Source of the DNA: a virus
Taxonomy: Duplodnaviria > Caudoviricetes
DNA length: 24,195 nt
IMG/VR virus record: IMGVR_UViG_3300030372_003457
Span: 1 to 24,195 of that record
Direction: 5' to 3' (one strand)
The notes under the pieces were generated by a model, which saw only the letters and a list, made by a program, of their open reading frames with translations, had not been told where the DNA came from and searched no databases. Shown piece by piece: positions 17,645 to 24,195 of this stretch. The position numbers were made by a program, and so were the translations under genes. Each line of letters starts with the position of its first letter. Position 1 is the first letter of the stretch.

Positions 17645-18520
17645 TTATCCTGCGTATACTCCATCTGATGTAAAGCTGTGAATAGTGTCACTACCTGAAG
17701 TAGTAACAGATCCGCTAGTAGTTGCTGAACTTGCTGTTAATCTTCTAATAATAACTATTCCGCTACCACCAACTATTCCTGGGTTTCCTGCTCCTTGTCC
17801 GTTACCTCCGTCGCCTTCTCCGTTTGTTCCAGCTGCCCCTGGGCCTGGTTGTCCAGCGCCGCCTGAGGCGTAAGTTACAGATGAGCCAGTAATTGAATTT
17901 GATGAGCCTGATCCGCCACCGCCGCCTGAAGAAGAACTTCCGCCGCTACCAGTTCCGCCAGCGCCGCCGCCTCCACCGCCGCCTGTATTTCCTACAGGAG
18001 AGTGACTAGGGTGTCCTGCTCCTCCGTCATTTCCTTGTGGTGGTGATGTAGGGGGTGTATCTCCGCTTCCGCCGCCATGGCCTCCGCCACCGCCGCCTCC
18101 GCCAGATCCTCCGGATCCTCCAGATCGTACTCCTCCGTTACCGCCGCCAGCTGAAGTTATAGAACTAAAAACAGAGTCTCCTCCAGATCCTCCACTAGAG
18201 TCAGGTGTTCCAGGACCAGCTGGTCCACCAGCTCCGACAGTTATAGGGTAATCAGTTAAAGTAAAAACGGGAAATGATTTATCATCAATTTTTCTAAAAC
18301 CACCAGCTCCGCCACCGCCAGATTGATAGTTTCCAGATGCTCCAAAACCAGCTCCGCCACCGCCAGCAACAACTAAATATTGAACGTTGTATTCGACAGG
18401 AACAAGACCACCAGAACCAAATCCTAAAACTTGATAACCAAAGGATTTTCTTCTTGGTCTAAGCCTTTTTTTATTTTGTCTTGGACTTTCCGCAAAAAGT
18501 TTATTTTTTATATCTCTCAT
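17645..18520 (-). CDS. Glycine/proline-rich putative receptor-binding (adhesin-like) tail-tip protein
   Basis: The Gly-rich domain is framed by VQYLVVAGGGG, YPITVGAGG, GGDSVFSSITSAGGG, SITGSSVTYASGG and GGSGIVIIR. It follows the tail fibre gene and has a basic N-terminal leader plus FGYQVLGFGSGG. Confidence 0.75.
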   Translation of the reverse strand: MRDIKNKLFAESPRQNKKRLRPRRKSFGYQVLGFGSGGLVPVEYNVQYLVVAGGGGAGFGASGNYQSGGGGAGGFRKIDDKSFPVFTLTDYPITVGAGGPAGPGTPDSSGGSGGDSVFSSITSAGGGNGGVRSGGSGGSGGGGGGGGHGGGSGDTPPTSPPQGNDGGAGHPSHSPVGNTGGGGGGGAGGTGSGGSSSSGGGGGSGSSNSITGSSVTYASGGAGQPGPGAAGTNGEGDGGNGQGAGNPGIVGGSGIVIIRRLTASSATTSGSVTTSGSDTIHSFTSDGVYAG

Positions 18521-18532
18521 TCGCTACTCCTA

Positions 18533-19765
18533 TTATACGTCGTTAGCAGCGTCTGTAGTGAAGAATAATTTAATTCCTAATAATTTTGCATCAGCTGTTA
18601 GATCATCTGCTGAAACATCTCTTGATATTTGGAAGAACACATACTCATCTGTACTAGGTGAGCCTGCTATCGTAACTGCTCCACTTTCCGCTGTAACTGC
18701 TAAATCATTCGCTGTTCCACTCATTGCTTTCGCTGTTGGGCCTACTGCTGTTCCAAAAGCAGTATTAAGATCGCCGTTGTCTGCTAATGCAACACCTTGT
18801 AAAACAAATGCTGTTGTGCCTGTATTTGTTGAGTTTGCTGTGAAGAATGCTTGAAAAGTTACTGTGCCTTCATTCCATGATTTTGGAAATGCAACAGCAA
18901 ATTGTGCAAATTCATCTGAATCTTTATCAAAATCTAAAGATTTTAATTCTGGTCCATTACTTAATTCTGTTTGAGCTAAATCTGCGCATCCGTTTGTTGA
19001 ATTTGGATACATAGCTACTGCAGGAACCCACATAGTTTCTTTCCCTGCAATCTTAACTGCAGAAACAGATCCACCGCCATCTTCAGCTTTAATAACTCCA
19101 GTTCCTTTTGTTGCGAAAGAAATACCTATGTTTGAATCATCTCCTGTTGCACTAATAGTAGGGTTATTACCAGTAGCTGCATTAGCTAATGTAATTTCAT
19201 TAACTGCAGAACTTGTAGCTGTTAAAAGAGCTAATTGAAGTCCATTAGTATCTAAAATAGAAGTTCCAATTTTTGGAGATGTTAATGTTTTGTTAGTTAA
19301 AGTTTGTGTTCCAGCAGTAGTAACATTACCATTCGGTAACGTAAGAATGTCTGGATTAGTTCCATCGTTCGCAGTTGCGAATACAACAGCATCACCTTTG
19401 TCAGTTGTTGCAAAGGTAAATGAATCACCAGATCCTGAAGCATATTTAAATTGTACTGTGTATGCACCTGATGTTGAATTTCTTAAAAAATAAAAAGTTT
19501 GTACGTCTATTGGAATAGTTACAATTTGATTTCCTGTAATAGTTCCTGTGAACTCAATCATTCTGTGAGATAAAACTGCTCCAGTTGATCCATCAGAAAC
19601 AGGTAAAGCTGTAGTATCTGCACTACCAGCTATTGATTGCTGTGTAAATCCACCAGAAATTTGTTCAAAGATTTGTAAATTTGTATTTGTTTTTGTACCC
19701 CATGTTCCAGCATTTTCGCCAGTTGCCTGAAGCTCTATACCGAGTGGTGTATATGTTGATGCCAT
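18533..19765 (-). CDS. Tail fibre protein
   Basis: N-terminal MASTY...LQATGENAGTWGTKTNTNL attachment motif, TQTLTNKTLTSP fibre motif, T/S/A/G-rich composition and an AGGAGA SD. Confidence 0.8.
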   Translation of the reverse strand: MASTYTPLGIELQATGENAGTWGTKTNTNLQIFEQISGGFTQQSIAGSADTTALPVSDGSTGAVLSHRMIEFTGTITGNQIVTIPIDVQTFYFLRNSTSGAYTVQFKYASGSGDSFTFATTDKGDAVVFATANDGTNPDILTLPNGNVTTAGTQTLTNKTLTSPKIGTSILDTNGLQLALLTATSSAVNEITLANAATGNNPTISATGDDSNIGISFATKGTGVIKAEDGGGSVSAVKIAGKETMWVPAVAMYPNSTNGCADLAQTELSNGPELKSLDFDKDSDEFAQFAVAFPKSWNEGTVTFQAFFTANSTNTGTTAFVLQGVALADNGDLNTAFGTAVGPTAKAMSGTANDLAVTAESGAVTIAGSPSTDEYVFFQISRDVSADDLTADAKLLGIKLFFTTDAANDV

Positions 19766-19792
19766 ATTTTATCTCCTAATTTGCTTTGGTTT

Positions 19793-20671
19793 TTAAGCTA
19801 CATCTGTATAGCTCGTATTTGAACCTGTGTCAACATCAGAATAAGCTTGAATTCCAAAACCAGTAGCAGTGCCAAATACGGCTACAGAACCCGTAGCTTG
19901 TTGGCCAGTTAGTCCCATAACATCCGCTGGAACTAAAGTTCCAACTGCAGATGTAGTTGAAAGTCCTGTTAATCCCATGACATCCGCTGGAGATATTGAA
20001 CCTACACTAGATGTTGATGCTAAACCTGTAAGATCAATAATAGGACTAGAATTAATACTAACCGATCCAACAGAAGAAGTTGCAGAAACTCCAGTTATTC
20101 CAATGACATCAGCGGGCACTAAAGTTCCCACAGCAGAAGTTGCTGCTTGACCAGTTAATCCCATCACATCTGCTGGAGTTAATGATCCAACAGAAGAAGT
20201 TGAAGAAACTCCAGTTAATGAAAATTCAACACTACCAATTATTGTAGGTGCTCCAACAGAAGAAGTTGAAGAAACTCCAGTTAGTCCCATTACATCTGCG
20301 GGAGATAAAACAAAAGTTCCCCAACCTTGACCTTGACCCCAAGAACCTTTGTTCCAAGTGTTTCCAACTCCAACAAAAGATGACATTGCATCAGGAGCAG
20401 TTAGTTCAACTAACATTCCTGATTCTCCCCAGGTTTCATTACCCCAAGGATCTTGACCCCAACCTTGATTTATTTCTGCAGAAATTGATACTGAACCAAC
20501 AGATAAAGTTGCCTCTACCCCTGTTAAATTTACTTGTTGTTCACCTAAATCATTCCAAGTTGTTCCAGGTTCATTCCAAGATTTTGCACCCCACCCAGTT
20601 ACAATGGGATCAGTGGTTCCCCAACGGCCAGTATTCCAGGTTGTTCCTGATTGGTTCCATGTATTAGCCAT
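19793..20671 (-). CDS. Virion protein with Trp-rich blocks and 20/22-aa tandem repeats
   Basis: 292 aa with 12 Trp in three WGxxxW blocks and seven LTGxxxTSxVG repeats, five of them carrying PADV(M/I)G. Confidence 0.75.
   Translation of the reverse strand: MANTWNQSGTTWNTGRWGTTDPIVTGWGAKSWNEPGTTWNDLGEQQVNLTGVEATLSVGSVSISAEINQGWGQDPWGNETWGESGMLVELTAPDAMSSFVGVGNTWNKGSWGQGQGWGTFVLSPADVMGLTGVSSTSSVGAPTIIGSVEFSLTGVSSTSSVGSLTPADVMGLTGQAATSAVGTLVPADVIGITGVSATSSVGSVSINSSPIIDLTGLASTSSVGSISPADVMGLTGLSTTSAVGTLVPADVMGLTGQQATGSVAVFGTATGFGIQAYSDVDTGSNTSYTDVA
20066..20283. repeat. Three copies of a 32 bp direct repeat inside the repeat-protein gene
   Basis: tccaacagaagaagttgaagaaactccagtta is identical at 20186-20217 and 20252-20283, with one mismatch at 20066-20097. 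Confidence 0.9.
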
Positions 20672-20687
20672 AAGGAGGACCTCCTTA
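20671..20687 (-). promoter_or_regulatory. Perfect inverted repeat sequestering the Shine-Dalgarno (translational coupling hairpin)
   Basis: TAAGGAGG-T-CCTCCTTA on the - strand runs exactly from the upstream stop TAA to the A of the downstream ATG. Confidence 0.75.
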
Positions 20688-21125
20688 CGCTATTCTTATG
20701 ATTGCGTTCGTAGCGTCTGCTGTCGGGAATTGAATTGTAAAAGTTCCGCTAGTCACAGTTTTATCTGCGCCAAATGCAACTGCAACACAAGCAGGATCGC
20801 CTGTTGCTGTATCGTTGTAGATTAAACAGCCGTTTGCTGTAAATGTTGCGTCAGTGTAAGATACATCAGAAAAATCACAAACTGCAGTTGTGCTTGATGC
20901 AACAGGAGTTACGCTTGTAAGTGATGCGCCTCCAGCTGTGTAAGCTGTTCCAGAAGTATTTGTAATTTCGTTTGAAGTTGAATAAGCAGTCGTGCTAGCT
21001 CCTAAAGTTGCTGAGCTAGTGTATAAGGCAATCTTAAAAGTATTACCAGTTGTTGCTGTAAAATTGTGAACTCCTTTTAAAAGTTCTACTTTAAAACTTG
21101 TGCATACTGCTGATGTTATTGCCAT
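20685..21125 (-). CDS. Tail structural protein (fibre base/anchor-associated)
   Basis: 146 aa with SFKVELLKGVHNF...FKIALYTS...NEI...YTAGGASL...TANGCLIYN...GTFTIQFP, a family I recall from tail modules. It has an AAGGAG SD. Confidence 0.65.
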   Translation of the reverse strand: MAITSAVCTSFKVELLKGVHNFTATTGNTFKIALYTSSATLGASTTAYSTSNEITNTSGTAYTAGGASLTSVTPVASSTTAVCDFSDVSYTDATFTANGCLIYNDTATGDPACVAVAFGADKTVTSGTFTIQFPTADATNAIIRIA

Positions 21126-21135
21126 AATAAACTCC

Positions 21136-21843
21136 TTAAGGGTTCGTTGACGGTATTGTTATTCTAACAGCACCATCTGTGTAGTCATCTCGTCTTCTTC
21201 TTCCGATTTGCTCTACACCAAATTTATCTACTTCTTGTTTATACTTATTTTCATATAATGTCAACATATCTGCTGGGCCTTTTAGGAAGCCATAAGTTTC
21301 TGCTAAACAGCAGTATAATAGGCCATTAGGGAAGTTCAGACTGATATAATTACTTTGATTATCCGACGCTAAAGTAGTTGGCATTTTGTTGTAGTGAACT
21401 CTAAATTTGTATGTCGTATCGGGAACTGGAGCAAACATCATTCTTCCAGAGTTAGTGTCACCATCTCCTGTAGCACCACCAAACATAGCATAATATTTAG
21501 GTTGGCCTCTTTTTGCTGATTCTGTAGATGAAACATATTCTTGTAAATAAGTAATATCCTTTTTTTCTAAAAAAACATTAGCACCAGTTGTATCAGATGT
21601 AGAGTCATAAACTTGTATGGCTCTAATAAATAAAGCTCCTCCTGGAGCGTTAATTGTTTCTTGTCCTGTAACTAAATTACCTATCTGTTGTTTTTTATCT
21701 GCATCAATAGGAACATCTCTCATGATTCTATATTGTGCATTTAAAATAATATTTTCTAATTGATCTGTAGTTAAGACGTTAGAATCTACTTCTGTGTAAT
21801 TTCTAATTTGTGTAACTAAAGTGCTATAACTAATTCCTGCCAT
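21136..21843 (-). CDS. Head-tail adaptor / tail tubular protein A-like
   Basis: Helical N-terminus (YSTLVTQIRNY...IILNAQYRI), GQPKYY, FAPVPDTTY and LLYCCLAETYGFLK fit the podovirus adaptor pattern. Confidence 0.75.
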   Translation of the reverse strand: MAGISYSTLVTQIRNYTEVDSNVLTTDQLENIILNAQYRIMRDVPIDADKKQQIGNLVTGQETINAPGGALFIRAIQVYDSTSDTTGANVFLEKKDITYLQEYVSSTESAKRGQPKYYAMFGGATGDGDTNSGRMMFAPVPDTTYKFRVHYNKMPTTLASDNQSNYISLNFPNGLLYCCLAETYGFLKGPADMLTLYENKYKQEVDKFGVEQIGRRRRDDYTDGAVRITIPSTNP

Positions 21844-21845
21844 AA

Positions 21846-22643
21846 TTAAGCTCTATCATTTATTGGTCCAATTGTACACTGGAAACCACCCCCTGTTGCT
21901 GTGCTAGTTGCAGCGTTGGTTAATGTAACATTCACACCGTCAAACTGAGTAATGGTAGCTGGTTGTCCTGAATTTGTTACAGAGGTAGTATTTAAAGATG
22001 CAACTTTAAAAGATCCAAAAACTTTAGCATCATCAGCGTGTGAAGTTGCCGTTGTTTTTGATGGAGACACACCTCTAAAAGGTGCACTAGTTCCTCTAGT
22101 ACATCCAGTTAATTGATTTGTAGATTTACCCGTATATTGAATGACTTCATTTACAAATAAGCCAGAAGAAGAATCTACTTTTTCAATCATAATAAAACCA
22201 CTTGACGGAAACTCTGTAGCATCAGTTAAATCAATCGAAGTAGCTGAGTCAGTTATTGCTCCGTTTAAAGTTGTAGAAAGTTCTAAAGTAGCGATAGCTA
22301 AACCACCTACAGAAGCTTTTACATTTTGAAGTCTAATATGATCGTTTACAACTAAATCTCCATCAGGAAATAAAATTTTTAATGTTGTGTTTGAAGCGGT
22401 TACAAACGGATTATCTGGTAAAAATTCTTGTGTTGGAAACTCTGTTCTAGCTGGTTTTGCATTTTGTAAACCTTCAGGATCAGCCCCATGTGCTCTAGGT
22501 TCTAATTGTGGTTGTTTAGGTTCAAACTCTGATATGTGAACTCTTGAACCATTCCACTCTCTAACCATTTCTTTGTATGGAAATGCTTGCCCTGATCTAT
22601 CTGATATAAATTGAGCGTATTTACCTTTTGAAAAATTAGACAT
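21846..22643 (-). CDS. Neck/tail-associated virion protein with appended beta domains
   Basis: N-terminal KGKYAQFISDRSG...EWNG..VH..EFEPKQPQ domain, and an internal TTLNGAITDS...LTGCTRG...SH domain also present in the nozzle. It sits between the two adaptors. Confidence 0.65.
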   Translation of the reverse strand: MSNFSKGKYAQFISDRSGQAFPYKEMVREWNGSRVHISEFEPKQPQLEPRAHGADPEGLQNAKPARTEFPTQEFLPDNPFVTASNTTLKILFPDGDLVVNDHIRLQNVKASVGGLAIATLELSTTLNGAITDSATSIDLTDATEFPSSGFIMIEKVDSSSGLFVNEVIQYTGKSTNQLTGCTRGTSAPFRGVSPSKTTATSHADDAKVFGSFKVASLNTTSVTNSGQPATITQFDGVNVTLTNAATSTATGGGFQCTIGPINDRA

Positions 22644-23364
22644 TTGGATAATAAGTTTTTGGGGTTATGTAAGAACTTGATGAAGAGCCATCCTCCGCTA
22701 AAGCTCTTTGTAATTCATCTTCGTATAATAATTTCATTTGTTGAGTTAATTCTGGTTTAAATTTTTGTGATAAATAATAAGCTAAACCTGATGCCATACA
22801 AGGAACAAATCTATATGGAACATCTGTTGCGTTTGTATAATCACCTACATCTTGTATTCTTTTTACATAATAATAATTAATAAAATTACCTGCCTCTGTA
22901 GAACCTGGTGTTAAATACAAAGTTATCGTAACTTTATCTATAAATCTTTGTACAAAATATTGTGAAGGTGTTCCTTCAGAAGTTTTATTTGATAAACCTT
23001 GATATGTAGATCTGTTGATTTTTGTAAGAGGAGTGTCAACACTTGAAGAGTTTCTGTATACAGCTTCTAATACGTCATCAACACCATAAACAGCTGTGGT
23101 GCTAGAAGTGCCATCACCTGTTGATCTAAACATTGTGTATTCTGCTTGACCATCAACTAATGTAATTGAATTATTAGCTACTTCCCAATAGTGAAGTCCT
23201 CTATTACCCCACTCTTGAAACATAATATTAAGAGATCTTCTTGCTTGTCGTAACTGATTACCAGATACGCTTTGCAATCCAATTCTTTCATATGCTTCTT
23301 CGATTATCTCGTCGATAGCAAATGTTTTATCAAATGTTGTTGTCCCGGAAGTAGTGTTTGCCAC
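22636..23364 (-). CDS. Head-tail adaptor / connector (P22 gp4-like), GTG start
   Basis: EIIEEAYERIG...ARRSLNIMFQEWGNRG...LVDGQAEY...GTPSQYFV...DVPYRFVPCMASGLAYYL, with a GGGGG SD upstream. Confidence 0.75.
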   Translation of the reverse strand: MANTTSGTTTFDKTFAIDEIIEEAYERIGLQSVSGNQLRQARRSLNIMFQEWGNRGLHYWEVANNSITLVDGQAEYTMFRSTGDGTSSTTAVYGVDDVLEAVYRNSSSVDTPLTKINRSTYQGLSNKTSEGTPSQYFVQRFIDKVTITLYLTPGSTEAGNFINYYYVKRIQDVGDYTNATDVPYRFVPCMASGLAYYLSQKFKPELTQQMKLLYEDELQRALAEDGSSSSSYITPKTYYPNV

Positions 23365-23373
23365 TTATCCCCC

Positions 23374-23976
23374 TTATCCGTCAAAGTAGACAGTTGCTGA
23401 GTTACATTGAGTTTCATCAAAAGTTACAAATGCACCGTCTTTGTACAATATTCCGTCTTGTGGAATGTTAACTGTGTTAATGTCTCCTGCAGTCCCACCT
23501 GTTCTAACTGTTAATAAAGTTGTCCCTGTTATACTTCCATCCTTAAATAAAACACTTCCAATTGATCCACCTGACTCGGCATTCACCTGTCTGAGTCTAG
23601 TTCTACCTTGAAAGATAGTTCCAAAAACATCAGCAGTCATTCCTAAAGATACGTTAGCAGCAGGTTGTGCGCTAACTGTAGCAGAAGTTATTGTTAAAAA
23701 TGCCGTAGTTGTAGCTGTGCCTGTTTCTGCACTTCCAGTTAAAGTTATTACCTCAGTTGCAGCAGCGCCTGTGTGATCAGTTCCAACGATTGTAACTGTT
23801 TTACCGTTGTCGCCTGTTCCTGCAGTCGTAGCATTTATTTTTCTTGCGGTGTTTGTTCCGAAAGAAGTATTAGCTAGGGTAAACGTCGATGTTGGTTGAG
23901 CAGCAGCGGCTACAAAAGTAGCTGAAGCAGCGTTCGCGTCTATAAAAGTTTTGGACTTTACATCACCTATATACAT
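23374..23976 (-). CDS. Virion structural protein (head decoration/neck-associated candidate)
   Basis: 200 aa, T/A-rich, with C-terminal GRTRLRQV...NIPQDGILYKDG...TVYFDG and an AAGGAG SD. Confidence 0.55.
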   Translation of the reverse strand: MYIGDVKSKTFIDANAASATFVAAAAQPTSTFTLANTSFGTNTARKINATTAGTGDNGKTVTIVGTDHTGAAATEVITLTGSAETGTATTTAFLTITSATVSAQPAANVSLGMTADVFGTIFQGRTRLRQVNAESGGSIGSVLFKDGSITGTTLLTVRTGGTAGDINTVNIPQDGILYKDGAFVTFDETQCNSATVYFDG

Positions 23977-23995
23977 ATTTTTTTCTCCTTATTGG

Positions 23996-24042
23996 TGTGG
24001 GTGAGTATTAGAATCCCGTAGGTTCCATATTTCTCACCCACA
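23996..24042 (-). promoter_or_regulatory. Intergenic RNA stem-loop (RNase III-site-like or mRNA stabiliser)
   Basis: UGUGGGUGAG/CUCACCCACA forms a perfect 10 bp stem, followed by an internal loop and an upper stem GAACC-UACG-GGAUUC closed by a C(UACG)G tetraloop. There is no U-tract. Confidence 0.7.
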
Positions 24043-24049
24043 TAATTTA

Positions 24050-24195
24050 TTAAGATGCAAAAACAAATGCACCTTTAACTTGAGTTGTTTCTCTAGCTAA
24101 TGATGATGCAATATGCCATGTGCCATCTTCGTAACAAATAAAAGCAATCTGTCCACCAATCGTCAACAAATTAGTTGTTGCGTTAGCAGGTGTGA
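24050..24195 (-). CDS. 3' end of a virion (capsid-associated) protein, 5'-partial; not in the supplied ORF track
   Basis: Open frame ...TPANATTNLLTIGGQIAFICYEDGTWHIASSLARETTQVKGAFVFAS ending in a double stop (TAA TAA). Confidence 0.7.
   Translation of the reverse strand, partial: TPANATTNLLTIGGQIAFICYEDGTWHIASSLARETTQVKGAFVFAS

Noticed and set aside
19860-20310. Regularly spaced DNA repeats considered as a CRISPR array or a DGR template/variable pair
   Set aside because: The repeats are in-frame coding repeats with 60/66 bp periodicity and related spacers. There are no cas genes or reverse transcriptase in the window, and the differences are not adenine-specific.
17685-22329. + strand ORFs 17685, 18558, 19290, 19869, 20248, 20604 and 22141
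   Set aside because: They are antisense to T/S/G/A-rich structural genes whose codon bias suppresses stops on the other strand. The apparent + strand SD at 20671 is simply one arm of the palindrome.
23996-24042. Intrinsic terminator or tRNA call for the stem-loop
   Set aside because: There is no U-tract on the coding strand, and no cloverleaf or TΨC motif. No tRNA or rRNA was recognised anywhere in the window.

Overview
This window is about 24 kb of an AT-rich, tailed dsDNA bacteriophage genome. It most likely comes from a marine podovirus, and the gene content and order resemble pelagiphage/uvMED-type SAR11 phages (possibly HTVC023P-like). That assignment is inferred from recalled protein families, not from a search. 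The left end holds the 3' end of a + strand SNF2-like helicase, which collides with a long - strand virion morphogenesis operon. Read in transcription order (right to left), that operon contains head-associated proteins, two head-tail adaptor paralogues, tail structural proteins, a Trp-rich repeat protein, a tail fibre, a Gly/Pro-rich putative adhesin with its partner protein, a P22 gp10-like nozzle, small tail proteins, several ejection/DNA-transfer proteins and a holin-like membrane protein. The most striking feature is a 5.7 kb cassette (11547-17289) of modifying enzymes wedged between the adhesin and nozzle genes. It encodes five 2OG-Fe(II)/cupin oxygenases with intact metal ligands, one catalytically degenerate oxygenase-fold protein, a flavin-dependent tryptophan-halogenase-family enzyme with intact catalytic motifs, a SAM methyltransferase and a membrane protein. 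I propose it may chemically tailor virion or receptor-binding proteins. Other points of note: a shared R-x-x-[FY]-x-x-G(G) motif in the ejection proteins, a duplicated YYTNLNPNA module, a perfect palindrome that sequesters a Shine-Dalgarno site, an RNase III-like stem-loop with a UACG tetraloop, sigma70-like promoters (two possibly leaderless) and three real-looking ORFs missing from the supplied track. All functional calls come from motif recognition by eye; no database searches were run.
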